From the NCBI GenBank assembly GCA_040389905.1, contig JAZJZK010000011.1, positions 1 to 64,000 of the forward strand: DNA of 64,000 nt, written 5' to 3'. The position numbers were made by a program, and so were the translations under genes. Source of the stretch: Gemmatimonadota bacterium. GTDB lineage: Bacteria > Gemmatimonadota > Gemmatimonadetes > Gemmatimonadales > Gemmatimonadaceae. The notes beneath the pieces were generated by a model that was given only the letters and a program-made list of their open reading frames with translations, did no database searches and had not been told where the DNA came from. Positions 37,929-48,388 of this stretch are shown here, piece by piece. The first letter of the stretch is position 1. Every line of letters begins with the position of its first letter.

Positions 37929-40490
37929 TCAAGAGGCTGGCAACCGAGACACGAGTTCTTCGAACTGTTTGCCGACCTCCGGCCCCCACTGGCGTCGGGC
38001 GAATGGACTGGTGCGGTAGTCGTCCGCAGCGCGCCCCATGTTCTTCCACTTCAGTGGATCAGTGCCTTTTCGGAGGCCCTTGCCGTCCACCAACTGACGG
38101 ATCTTGTTGGACAATTCGATGCTCGTTCCGAGTGCGTCCGGCGAGAATAGGAAGTCCGCGCCCGATGTTGTCCGCCAATTGTGGTTGGCTGATGCTTCGT
38201 GCAGGTCCTCGAGAGCAGCCGGCGCCTTGACGACTCTGGCGTTGGAGACGTCGACGTATTCGGCCCACGTAGCTTCCAGAAGTTGATCCCCTCGACCTTT
38301 GACGAAGACCGAGGGGGCACCGGACCAGGATAGCACGAGGTCGGTCTTCGCTCTCGTCATGGCGACATAGAACCGAGCCAGATCGCGAAAGAGTTCGGAG
38401 TCTGGGGCACTCCCGTCTGGGATGATCCCAAATGAGCAATTGACGATGCATACCAAATCAAACTCGAATCCTTTTGTCTGTTCGAGATCAGACAGGAAGA
38501 TACTGCCTTCATCAATGTCGATCGATCCGTCCAGTACTTGAAGACCAATATCGGCACCGTACTGACAAAGCTCGTAATACGAATGGCCACACACAGCGAT
38601 ACAAATCTTGGCGTCAGGCGTCGTCGCGAGTCTTTCCTCGGACAGTTGAATGGCGGCTGTTAGTTCGTTGGACAGTGAAGACCCTTCGAGAAGAAGCGGT
38701 GTTCCGCCATTGAATTGCGAATACTCCGGATCGAGAATGGGCAAGTCCTCACGGTCCTGCATTTCTTCCGTCATGTGATCCGTCAAAATCGAATGCGCGA
38801 TCGCGAGAATCTCGCGACTATTCCGGTAGTTCAGATCAAGGCGACGTGATCGAGCACTCGGGATGTCGATGCCAATCTCACGAAAGTGTTGGTACTTCGA
38901 TGTTACGGCCTGTGCGGCATCTCCGGTGAAGAAGAGGTCGTTGGCGTCTGGCTTCACGAGTGCTCGGACAATCCGCAACTCTACGTTGCCGAGATCCTGT
39001 ACCTCATCCACCAATGCGCAGCGATACTGCGGTGACACCGACGCGATCCTTTGGGACACGGCCTGAGCCAACGCTAGTAGATCCCTGACGCCCACGGCGT
39101 CCATCTTCGCGGCCCAACCCTCCGCTCCCTCGAGAACGACTTGTCGGAAAGGCGTGGAAAGCGGAACTGTACGTCCCCTCCGTTTGACTCGTTCCGGATC
39201 GAGATAGGTGTCGCGCTCTGACTCCGGCAGCGCAGAGCGCAGCCAGTCAATTTCTTCGCGTATGTACGCGTCCGGAGTCCATCCCCGCGCTAGGAGGTGA
39301 TCGTGAAGAGGTTGAAGAACTGACGCATCGGGATTGTTGTTCTCGCAACGGTAATACTCAAGCCAGATCTCATCGACGTGTTCGTCGTGCTTCCAGGTAG
39401 TCTCCCGATACTTCCGGCTTCCGCGCGGATCGAATGTCAGCATCAGGTCACGGCACAACTCATAGAACGGCTTCACTGTGATTCGCTCGGCCTCCGCCGA
39501 ATCGCAGGACTCTGCGATGAGCATACGAATGAGCCGAGCCAATGCTGGATTCAGAGTGAGGACGAGAATGCTTTCGCCGGGATAGGCTCTCGCCAAGCGA
39601 ACGGCGCGCCGGACAACCACGCACGTCTTGCCCGAACCAGATACTCCCACGAGCTTCGCGGAACCGGCGAAGTCCTCGTCCGCGACGGCGTCCTGTGCCG
39701 GGTGCATGAAGAGCATCCAATCACGGTACCGTGCCGTGCGCATGAACCGAGAAAGGGCTTCCTTGTAGACGGTTGAGGTAGGGTCAATTCTTCGAATGAC
39801 CTCACTGTCAACCAAAGCGGGCAAGTCCTCGATGCGTATCGATTCAAGGGGCTTCGCAATTCCGAGGAACAGCTGTGCTCGGAGGGAGGCCTCGGCGGCC
39901 TTGCCAGACCGCAGGAGCGCTAAGACATCAAACAGGGCCAGTCTCAGGGCATCGCTGTCAACCCGCGCGAGAATCTCCCACATCTCACCGTCCGTGACGT
40001 GAGCCTCGAGTGCCTCGAGCTCGCGCACCTTGCTGCGATGCAGTCCGGCAATGAGCTGATCAAATAGCGCCTCTGGCAGCCTTTGATAGAGTTTCCCTGC
40101 CGCACGAGAACTTGCCAAACCGAGGCCACTCTCGTCGATGGATTCCCACGTTGCCGTGACTACGCCAGTCTCCGATACCACGGGCAGCAGTCCGCGATTC
40201 GTATCAAGCCAGCTGTCGCACTCCTCGTGACTGCCGCAGAACAGAAGTATCCACGTATCGCCAACCCTGACCGTGACGAGTCGGCAAAAGTTCTCGAGAT
40301 CGAATTTCACGCAGTTCTTGATGCGCTTTTCGCCCTTCTTCGTTTGACGAAGTGAGGCGAACGGGTCATCACCGAGGTATGCGCCGCCGACCACACCACG
40401 GACCTCCTCTGCGGCCTTTTGAAAACGACCGCCCTTGCGCCACAGCGCATTCAGTGCGCGACCAAAGTCACGATAGCAGCGAACGGTCAT
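37929..40490 (-). CDS. SF1 UvrD-like helicase with an N-terminal RelE-like domain
   Basis: GVSGSGKT, DEVQD, GDAAQ, NYRN, KGFEFD, YVAMTRAK; N-terminal KFDL...RLV...LLFCGSH. Confidence 0.85.
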   Translation of the reverse strand: MTVRCYRDFGRALNALWRKGGRFQKAAEEVRGVVGGAYLGDDPFASLRQTKKGEKRIKNCVKFDLENFCRLVTVRVGDTWILLFCGSHEECDSWLDTNRGLLPVVSETGVVTATWESIDESGLGLASSRAAGKLYQRLPEALFDQLIAGLHRSKVRELEALEAHVTDGEMWEILARVDSDALRLALFDVLALLRSGKAAEASLRAQLFLGIAKPLESIRIEDLPALVDSEVIRRIDPTSTVYKEALSRFMRTARYRDWMLFMHPAQDAVADEDFAGSAKLVGVSGSGKTCVVVRRAVRLARAYPGESILVLTLNPALARLIRMLIAESCDSAEAERITVKPFYELCRDLMLTFDPRGSRKYRETTWKHDEHVDEIWLEYYRCENNNPDASVLQPLHDHLLARGWTPDAYIREEIDWLRSALPESERDTYLDPERVKRRGRTVPLSTPFRQVVLEGAEGWAAKMDAVGVRDLLALAQAVSQRIASVSPQYRCALVDEVQDLGNVELRIVRALVKPDANDLFFTGDAAQAVTSKYQHFREIGIDIPSARSRRLDLNYRNSREILAIAHSILTDHMTEEMQDREDLPILDPEYSQFNGGTPLLLEGSSLSNELTAAIQLSEERLATTPDAKICIAVCGHSYYELCQYGADIGLQVLDGSIDIDEGSIFLSDLEQTKGFEFDLVCIVNCSFGIIPDGSAPDSELFRDLARFYVAMTRAKTDLVLSWSGAPSVFVKGRGDQLLEATWAEYVDVSNARVVKAPAALEDLHEASANHNWRTTSGADFLFSPDALGTSIELSNKIRQLVDGKGLRKGTDPLKWKNMGRAADDYRTSPFARRQWGPEVGKQFEELVSRLPAS

Positions 40491-40642
40491 TTAATCACCG
40501 ACGGGGTTGGCAGATGACGACGACACTCTTCGCGCAGAAGGCTCCAAGTCCGATCGAGACGGTATGCGAAGACAGGAAACGCGCAGCGATGAGAAACGGC
40601 CAAGAAATAGGGTTTATCAGCTGCGACTCGGGCATGCCGGCA

Positions 40643-41278
40643 TTAGTCCCATTTCACACGCACCCACTCGCGCAGCCAGAGGCTTGCGCCGTCAGAGCTG
40701 TCTTCGATGCATCTCAGGCGACGGAGCGTCGTCAAACTTCGCTGAAGCCTCGCCGGAGTAACCCCAGGATGATTGAAGCGACTGACGACGTCGTTTACCC
40801 GACTAGGCAGTTTGGCAATGGCAACAAGGTTATCGGGAGTGCGCAACGTCCAAAGCGCCCAGAGAACGATTGCATCCTCCTCCTCAATATTCGTGTCGAG
40901 CAATGCCCACATCTTGTTCCAAATTATTAGGCCAGCCAAAGGAGCCGTCCAAGGCACTTGGGCCACGCCGAGCGCTGCGAGCGTCGATTCACTCAGGTCG
41001 ACGATCAGGCGGCGCCAGCTCAACACGATATTACCGGCCTTCCTGCTCGTTGCGCCGCCTACTCCGCCACTGCGCATGACGATGAGTTCCATGCGCAGCG
41101 GCGCCATGGATGTTGAGTACTCTGGTGGCGTAATAGTGCAAAACGCGTCAACCACCGCCTCTACGAGGCGGGACTGAGCTCCGCTTGCTAACGGGATGCC
41201 ATCGCAGAGCCTGACCAACTCGGCGCGTTTCGCTGTAGTCATGCCAGATCTCTGCTGGGGTTGTGATTGGGGCTGCAT
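40643..41278 (-). CDS. Hypothetical protein, possible C-terminal winged HTH
   Basis: Open 211-aa frame; C-terminal LQRSLTTLRRLRCIE...LWLREWV. Confidence 0.6.
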   Translation of the reverse strand: MQPQSQPQQRSGMTTAKRAELVRLCDGIPLASGAQSRLVEAVVDAFCTITPPEYSTSMAPLRMELIVMRSGGVGGATSRKAGNIVLSWRRLIVDLSESTLAALGVAQVPWTAPLAGLIIWNKMWALLDTNIEEEDAIVLWALWTLRTPDNLVAIAKLPSRVNDVVSRFNHPGVTPARLQRSLTTLRRLRCIEDSSDGASLWLREWVRVKWD

Positions 41279-41850
41279 GAGGGCTGGCCGCTATAGTCTG
41301 CTGTCCGGCGCCACCAGCGGACTGCGAACTCAGTTATTAGCCTGGACTTTCTTGGGCAAACGGCTGTAAAGCATAGCAGCCGCCGCGCCACAGTCAACCG
41401 AAAGGGCACGGCACAACCCACGCGAGCGAACGGCTCACGGCAGGGTAGACGACTAGCTTTGCACTGCGACCGCTCGATCAGAGCGACACCACCATGAGCA
41501 GGCGTGGTGACGCCAGGATCGCACGGCGCTGGGCAGCGCGAAACCGGCCTCTGTCGGCGCATTGCGCGCGTACCGGCATCGGGAGCATTGGCGCCTGAAT
41601 GAGTGCGGCCGAAACAAGCCTCGGCATGGTGGTCCAGCGCTTCTGTCCCCTAAGTGGTTTTAGGAGACAGAAGTGGAACTAGGGGACGACATGCCGGGCA
41701 TGACGCACCATCTGACCCATGTATTGGGCCGAATCCGCTTTCGATTCGGTGGAGGCGTGAAGTGATCGTCCAATCAGCTCCAGAAAGCACCCCTCTTGGT
41801 TTACTTCCCGAGAACGTGGATCTAAAAAAAAGTAGTTCTGCCCTCCCTTG

Positions 41851-41893
41851 CTCCAACCATCCCCCCTTACAGGGGGAGTAGTTTGGATTGGAG
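41851..41893. promoter_or_regulatory. Palindrome downstream of the primase (candidate origin)
   Basis: CTCCAA...CCCCCTTACAGGGGG...TTGGAG. Confidence 0.4.
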
Positions 41894-41918
41894 CTACGAG
41901 TGTGTGGCCCCCCGGAGT

Positions 41919-43691
41919 CTACGCAGCCGCTTCGCTCAACTCCCCGAAGGAATCTCCGGTGTCGGACGAAGCTGTTGATCGGAAGAGCTTGCCGTCCTGT
42001 CGCACAAGCTGATTCCGAAGAAGCCGTTTCTTGCTCTCGTGGTATGAACTGGGGCGCAGGTGACAGGCGGCGAGCCATGCTGCGGAGCTCGCACCCTCAG
42101 GGGCCAACGCGAGAAGCGCTTTGTGATCGTTCGTTGAAAGCGTACTGCGCTTTTGCGGCTTGCCGGCTGGAATGAGCACCGCGCTCGACGCCACGTCGGT
42201 AATCTGAAGCATGAAATCTTCAAATTCTGCGGCGTCCTTCTGCTTCGTACAGCTGACGGTGACGACGGCGGCGTTGTTCGATCGCCGGAGAGCAATGGTC
42301 GTGTCGGCTGCAGCCTCGAGGGCGCTTGACCCACGGATCTGCGAATCGTTCTTGCGCGCGTGATGGACGAGCAGCACAAGGCCTCCGGCGGCCTCCCGAA
42401 TGCGGTCGGCTGCCTGAATGACGCGCCCCATGTCCGCTGACCGATTCTCGTCGAGACCAGGCGCGCATCGGGCCAACGTATCGATTACCACGATGGCCGA
42501 ACGACTCGGAAGCTCCCGGATGAAGTCGGCGATCGCGTGTTCGGAACCGAGCTCCACCATGGAAGGAACAACTGTAAATGGAAGCGAGCTTGGATCTACG
42601 CCATGGTGGGTGCACCACGCCGATACCCGCTTCGCCATCTGTCCCACGTTGCCTTCGGCAGCGACATAGACTGCCGCCCCCTGTCGGACGGCCCGCCCGT
42701 TCCATGGAATCCCGGCTGCGACACAGAGCGCAATATCGAGCGCGAGAAAGCTTTTGTACGACGCCGGCGGCGCGTACATGATCGCCAACGACTCGCAAAC
42801 CAGTAGCTCTTCCACGAGCCACTCGGTTGGCGGGAACGTGGCCAGCTCGTCCATCGTGTGGAATTGGTAGCGACGAGGTGGTGTTGGTGAAGAGAACAGA
42901 CTTGGTTGAAGCTCAAAAAGCGCCGCGTTCGCCACGAGCACCTCAAGCTCTTCTCGTCTCCCTCCCGCAGCAATCCAGTCCGAAACGTCTCCCTTCTCTG
43001 GCAAGCCGGGAAGCTGCACGATGCGAATCTCTCGTGCGACCCCGATCAACGCTGTCGCGACCGCCAGCGCGTGTCGTTGCCCGGTCTCGTCGTTGTCCGG
43101 AAGAATTGTCACCACCGCATGGCGCAGGGCATCGGAGTACTCGGGTCGCCATCTTCCTGCGCCTCCGCAATTCGTTGTGGCCGTCAACCCGAGGCCTGCG
43201 ACGTTCTCGGCGTCCTTTTCCCCCTCGACAATGAAGATCTGTCGCCCGAGCGCAACCGCTTCAATGACTGCTGGCAGGCGATACAGCACGTGACGAACAC
43301 CTTGTGTGTTCCACACAGTCTTCCCATTTGGACCGAGGTGTCTTTGCATGAAACGGTTGCCGGCGTACCGAAGCACCTCATGTTGCAGGACGTCGTTCTC
43401 ATCTACGTAGGGGTAGACGGCGGAAGGCTCCTCGTGGCGTGAGTAGGTTCCTTGCTCCTGAGCTGGATAGAGATCCGACATCGTGCATTGCACGGCTGCA
43501 ACGATCGCTTCAGTGGAGCAGTTGGCATGGCAACGGAGTAGAATCGTTCCCTCATGCGTCAGCTTGACACTGAGACTGGGCTTCGTGTCCGCATGCGCGG
43601 GACAGAGCACCGACCACGAGGGACCGGACCCTTCTACTTGTAGGGCGCTGAGAACGGGCGAACGGAGCGCTTGTGCGATTTCGAGTTGCAT
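41919..43691 (-). CDS. Primase-helicase (Zn-binding + TOPRIM + AAA_25/RepA-like helicase)
   Basis: CPAHAD...CHANC; VEGEKD, PDND, KGDVSDW; APPASYKS, YVAAEG, VIDTL, VHHARK, RGSSAL. Confidence 0.92.
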   Translation of the reverse strand: MQLEIAQALRSPVLSALQVEGSGPSWSVLCPAHADTKPSLSVKLTHEGTILLRCHANCSTEAIVAAVQCTMSDLYPAQEQGTYSRHEEPSAVYPYVDENDVLQHEVLRYAGNRFMQRHLGPNGKTVWNTQGVRHVLYRLPAVIEAVALGRQIFIVEGEKDAENVAGLGLTATTNCGGAGRWRPEYSDALRHAVVTILPDNDETGQRHALAVATALIGVAREIRIVQLPGLPEKGDVSDWIAAGGRREELEVLVANAALFELQPSLFSSPTPPRRYQFHTMDELATFPPTEWLVEELLVCESLAIMYAPPASYKSFLALDIALCVAAGIPWNGRAVRQGAAVYVAAEGNVGQMAKRVSAWCTHHGVDPSSLPFTVVPSMVELGSEHAIADFIRELPSRSAIVVIDTLARCAPGLDENRSADMGRVIQAADRIREAAGGLVLLVHHARKNDSQIRGSSALEAAADTTIALRRSNNAAVVTVSCTKQKDAAEFEDFMLQITDVASSAVLIPAGKPQKRSTLSTNDHKALLALAPEGASSAAWLAACHLRPSSYHESKKRLLRNQLVRQDGKLFRSTASSDTGDSFGELSEAAA

Positions 43692-43949
43692 GTGTTCCTG
43701 GGACGAGCCCTGCCGTGAGGCAGAGCTGGTGGCTTGCGTAGTTTCGATTGCAATCGCGAAATTGCATCGCTACGTATTAGAGCCACCGCCGCCCTGAGAA
43801 CCTTACACTACTCGCGTCAACAAGGCCGACAGTGAGCTTTGTCGCTCGGCCTCGCGGGACCCAGGAACGCCTGCGTTGGTTGGAATCCGCCGCAACTCCA
43901 CGGCAAGCGATCGGCGCGTACCCACGTCCGAATTCGTGAGTCCAGCGAT

Positions 43950-44189
43950 CTAGGTCTGCTGCTCCTCATCGAGCGCAACCCCGAACTCAGTCCAACTCAC
44001 CCGAAGAGCGGCCAGCCACCGGCTGAGCGACTCGAAGCTTGGATTTCGTTCACCGCGTTCGACGCCTCCGATGTAGTTCCGGTGGAGCTCGGCGGAAAAC
44101 CCGAGTGTTTCCTGGGAAAGCTGTTGTCGCTCTCGAAAAGCGCGCAGTACAGCGCCGAGTGCCCTGCGATGGTTCCGGTCGGATTGCAC
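43950..44189 (-). CDS. XRE-family (C-protein-like) transcriptional regulator
   Basis: LSQETLG...LHRNYIGGVERGERNPS; GTG start inferred. Confidence 0.88.
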   Translation of the reverse strand: MQSDRNHRRALGAVLRAFRERQQLSQETLGFSAELHRNYIGGVERGERNPSFESLSRWLAALRVSWTEFGVALDEEQQT

Positions 44190-44225
44190 CCGACACGGAT
44201 CGCATCTTGCCCAGTATGAAGTCCA

Positions 44226-44240
44226 CACACTATGAGTGTG
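44226..44240. promoter_or_regulatory. C-box-like operator palindrome
   Basis: CACACT-ATG-AGTGTG about 35 bp upstream of the XRE gene. Confidence 0.55.
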
Positions 44241-44365
44241 ATCCACCGACAGACGTCCGTGAACCCGAGCCGCAGGATCGCAAGCGATTTCGAGACGCCG
44301 GCTGAGCGACCCTTCCAACCACCTGCGAATCAAACGGCAATTCAGTTGAACGAACGTGTTTCGAT

Positions 44366-44980
44366 ATGAGCCCTCCCGGCCGCACTCCTCGGCCTTGGCC
44401 GGACGTACCGAGGCTACTCAGGAAACGACGGGACTTCCTTGAGCTCGGGGATCGCAACTTGGCGACCTCCGTGACGGCGTTCTTGGCTTGGAAAGCCTAC
44501 CTGATTGTGGCGCGGGGCAGTGTCAACGGCCCCGAGAAGGTGCAGTGCGGGCGCCTCGCGACCTTGATGCTGGGCAAGTTCGACGAGCTATGGCCCACTG
44601 CGGCAGCATTCGCCAAAGCGCTCAAGCCGCTGACCGTAGCGTCCGCCGTTGAACTCACTGACTGGTACGCGGACCCATCACTCCCAGCAAAGACAATTGA
44701 CAAGCGCGTGCGGTGGGCGAAACGGTCAATCGCGAGCGTGAACGCCGCTGTGGAGAGGCAGGCTCGCGGCGACGCTCTGGCGGAGGAGCTGGCGGACCAC
44801 GCGTATGCGATTCGGAGCGCTGTACTGGCGCACGGGGCGATTCACTCGACTGGAAACCGATTTCAAGTGATCGTCCCCCTTTTCGAGGAATTCACGAGTC
44901 GCATTGCATGTGCCGGCTATGCAGACCGTGCGGAAATATCCCTGCAGGATGCATTCGAGGAGTGTCGTGTCGTCACCTAG
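44366..44980 (+). CDS. Hypothetical protein, possible HEPN
   Basis: All-helical; YAIRSAVLAHG (Rx5H). Confidence 0.55.
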   Translation: MSPPGRTPRPWPDVPRLLRKRRDFLELGDRNLATSVTAFLAWKAYLIVARGSVNGPEKVQCGRLATLMLGKFDELWPTAAAFAKALKPLTVASAVELTDWYADPSLPAKTIDKRVRWAKRSIASVNAAVERQARGDALAEELADHAYAIRSAVLAHGAIHSTGNRFQVIVPLFEEFTSRIACAGYADRAEISLQDAFEECRVVT

Positions 44981-46043
44981 GCGCAAGTCAGTGGGCCGCT
45001 TCACCCTTGAGAGCATTCTCGGTCGTGGCGCCCAGGGCGAAGTATGGCGGGCGAAATCCGATGATGGCGATTTCGTCGCACTCAAGTTGTTCCCGCTTGG
45101 ATTCGACGAAGATCGCGTCAACGACTTGCGGCGCCGTGTCAGTCGGGAGGTGACCGCATTGAAAGGCGTGGAGAATGCGGCGATTGTCAAAGCACTGGAG
45201 ATGGGAGAGGACGGCGACCAGCTGTTTGTCGCGTACGAATTGATCGACGGCGAGGATCTTCATGTAGCGCTTCGCGCACCCATGCCTCCGAGCACGGCCG
45301 ATTGCTTGTCCCTGCTCAAGGGACTTGCTCCTGGGCTCGACGCGATCCATTCAGCAGGCCTGCTCCATCGCGATCTGAAACCGAGCAACATCGTTCTGCG
45401 GGGAAGAAGCTGGTCCGCGCCGGTGATTGTAGACTTCGGCTATGTGAAGCAGGTGGCGGCGTCCAGACTGACGATGACGGGATTTGCCGTCGGAACATCT
45501 GGATACTTGGCTCCCGAGGTATCAGCAGATCCCAAGAACTGCTCGGTCGCTTCAGATCAGTGGAGTCTCGCGCAGGTGATCACGGAAGTACTGACAGTTG
45601 CCTTGGCCATGAATCTGACGGACTTCACCACGTCCGAAGAGATGCGGACGGCATGTGAGGACGATGCTCCGAATGCCTCTGCGATCCTCGCAACCGCTGG
45701 TCATAGCCAGCCCACTCAACGGTTCTCAAGCGTGGTAGCGTTTGCGGATGCGTTCCGGGCCGCCCTCATCCGCGACGAACTGATCGAGTTGTCCAGCGAA
45801 CCTGCGACCTCCGTGTCGGACTGGAGCGAGGAGGAGTCGCTGGTCGCGTATTTCTCGCGACTCGGCTGTCAAATTGCCGCCGACAAGAGGCCCAGTGGAT
45901 CATTGTGGATCATCGGTGACTTCGAGACGTTGAACGCCGCCGCTAATCAGCTCGCGCCACGTGGCGTTGCGCTTCGGTTTGCCTCGGGCGGAGGGCGCGC
46001 CACGAAGTACACATCTGGCTGGTGGACACAGTCGGCCAAGTAG
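44967..46043 (+). CDS. Ser/Thr protein kinase with a small C-terminal domain
   Basis: GRGAQG, VALK, HRDLKPSN, DFG, APE, DQWS; GAGGAG RBS before the GTG at 44967. Confidence 0.92.
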   Translation: MSSPRRKSVGRFTLESILGRGAQGEVWRAKSDDGDFVALKLFPLGFDEDRVNDLRRRVSREVTALKGVENAAIVKALEMGEDGDQLFVAYELIDGEDLHVALRAPMPPSTADCLSLLKGLAPGLDAIHSAGLLHRDLKPSNIVLRGRSWSAPVIVDFGYVKQVAASRLTMTGFAVGTSGYLAPEVSADPKNCSVASDQWSLAQVITEVLTVALAMNLTDFTTSEEMRTACEDDAPNASAILATAGHSQPTQRFSSVVAFADAFRAALIRDELIELSSEPATSVSDWSEEESLVAYFSRLGCQIAADKRPSGSLWIIGDFETLNAAANQLAPRGVALRFASGGGRATKYTSGWWTQSAK

Positions 46044-46348
46044 CGCACCGAGAGAGTGGACCGACAGTCGAGCATTTACCCGTACGGCTACCCCAACGCT
46101 CACCATAAGCCGTCGCGCAAGGCTGCTAACACGATAGCCATATCGAGGTTCCTCGAATTTATCCGCGAGCCTGTGATCGCCGCCAACGCTCTCGACGCAG
46201 GACGCCGAGCCCCTACCGCTCATCCTGCTAGACAGCACTGCCCGGCGTCTGCTCGCGCAGCACCAGTACTTCTAGCACGCGAGGGCGCACGGCCGGAGGA
46301 ACTCCTCGATCTCGACTAGCGTCGGCACCGGCACTGGATCGCGACAAC

Positions 46349-46537
46349 GTGTCAAACGGTGAGTATGGACAGAAGGTCGACGTCGTGCGCGCATTTGTAA
46401 GTCGCGAGTTTGATCACGAAGCCTTGCATGCCCTCGCCGTCGCGCTCGGAGCAAGCGTGGCGTACTGGGAGATCGAGTTTCCCGAGGATGAGGCCGACGT
46501 CGTCGACCCAGACTTCGACGACATCGAGTACGCCTGA
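46349..46537 (+). CDS. Small acidic hypothetical protein
   Basis: 62-aa ORF with protein-like composition. Confidence 0.35.
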   Translation: MSNGEYGQKVDVVRAFVSREFDHEALHALAVALGASVAYWEIEFPEDEADVVDPDFDDIEYA

Positions 46538-47133
46538 TCACAATACAAGTCGGCGATCGCGGCATCATGGACAAGTTCATCCACCCACGCGGCCCCGTCT
46601 GCCACCCGCTTTTTCAGGGCAGAGGGCGCCGACCTACCGCATAGCGCCTGGACGCGGTGTGTAGCAGCTGCAGCTCGCACCACCCTCTGCTGAGGCCGTC
46701 ATGATTCGCAGTTGTTCCATCGGCGAGGTGTAAGGTTTCGGTGCGCCCGGTAGCTATAAGATGAACGCGCTTGCGTTCCGATTGTCCATAATACGACCTA
46801 CATAGTTGGACGGCTTACACTCCGGAAGCCGGCAGTACGGGCGCTACACGATTGTGTACGTCGGTGCAGGCCGCTACCGGGAGTTGTACGACGTATTTGC
46901 GTGTCAACGCTTGGAGTGAACGCACACTTCAGCCGACTGACGACGTCGCTCCGTACCTCCACGCCACTGCAGCGAGAAAAACACTCTCGAGCTGCTGGGC
47001 GGACGCACGTCCTTCATCCTCTCGGCGGGAGAAAACCTCTGAGGGGGGCAGTTCCAAGAGGGGGGAGTGTTGTTCTCCTTCCGGATTGACCAGCGGTCCT
47101 AGACTGCTCCGGATTGCTTAAGTACGTCAGTTC

Positions 47134-47186
47134 GTAGTTCAGTTTGCGAACTGAGTACAGCAGTAGGTAGTTCAGTATGCGAACTG
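47134..47186 (+). repeat. 20-bp direct repeat (iteron-like)
   Basis: GTAGTTCAGT(T/A)TGCGAACTG at 47134-47153 and 47167-47186. Confidence 0.75.
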
Positions 47187-47549
47187 CAAGAAGAAGTGAA
47201 GAAAACGACTCAAACGACCCGATGGCCGCCAACCTCATGCAGTGAACCGCACCAGTTGACCATGAAGGCGCCGCTGCTAGGCGGGCGATATGCGAGCGTG
47301 TACGCCGGGCTGGACAGCGCTTCAGGTTCCATCGATTCGGCAGACGAGGTGGCCCTGCTCCTGGGCACGTCACCGGAGCATTGTCGGCACCGCGTGGCAG
47401 TGCTCGATCAGCTGGGCCTCGTTACAGCGGTTGGTGTAACCCGTCAGTTGAGTCGGTGGAGTGTAACGAACCCTCCGGAGCGTGCCGCGCGAAGACATCG
47501 CGGTGGACCGCCAGCGACCCGCCGTCGTACCTAAATCCGGCAATACCAT

Positions 47550-48388
47550 CACGATATGGTACAGCGTCAACACCTTCTTGTACCCGTACCCATCACTCCA
47601 CTCGTACGTCGACCCCGACCGCACGATGTGCATCATGCTGAAGCCCTGCATCACCAACTCGGTGGGCGCGGGGTAATGCTTGCCGCGAATCGCGGGCAGC
47701 CCATGGGCTTTGAATTTCGCGCGTTGCTCGTCTGAGATGAGTGTTCGGGCCAGCAGCCAGCGGTAGATGTTGAATTGCCACACGTGATCGTCCTGCAGGT
47801 GCTTCGAGAATGTGCCGTCCTTCGTGCCTTTGACGGTCATCTCGGCCTTCTTGTCGGCCATGCTCTTCTGGTCGACGTATTGGCGCCGGTAGGGGTTATA
47901 CGCGTCGGCGGTGCCGTTGATCGTCACCTCGAGACACCGCGTACTGTCCCATTCCCCATGAACTCCTGTACCGTTTGCCCGTCCTCGAGCACACGCGCTG
48001 CGAACACCGGTGCGGGGTGGTCGGGATACTGGAGCGTCGCGCTCATCTTGAGCTCTTGAATCCAGCCGAACTTGTCGATGAACCCGGCCGCGTCTTCGCA
48101 GAGACGGTGGGCCAGCGTGCCTCGGAACGGCCAGAACTTCTTCTGCGGCAGCTCGTAGTACGGCTCGAAGCGCTCCAGCACCGTCTGCCGCATGCAGTTC
48201 GTGCCGGCGATCATCGAGGCGCTGATGTAATCGGTCTTGTGGTAATTGTCCTGGTCCGCTTGCCACAGCGCGCCAAGTAGAGGAGCGGTGACACAGGGGT
48301 GTTTGCAGCCCTCGAGACAGTACTCGATCTTGTTCTGCCGGCCGGGGCTCTCACCGCCAGGCGGGCAGACGAATCCAGCGAGAGGCAT
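47550..48388 (-). pseudogene. Phage-type Cas4/RecB-like PD-(D/E)XK exonuclease, frameshifted near 47945 and 3'-truncated
   Basis: ISAS...CMRQ, RGTLAH in one frame; GTAD, DQKS, QFNIY in another. Confidence 0.7.

Noticed and set aside
47550..48388. Cas4-like gene as evidence of a CRISPR-Cas system
   Set aside because: No cas1/cas2 or array; phage-like context and frameshifted
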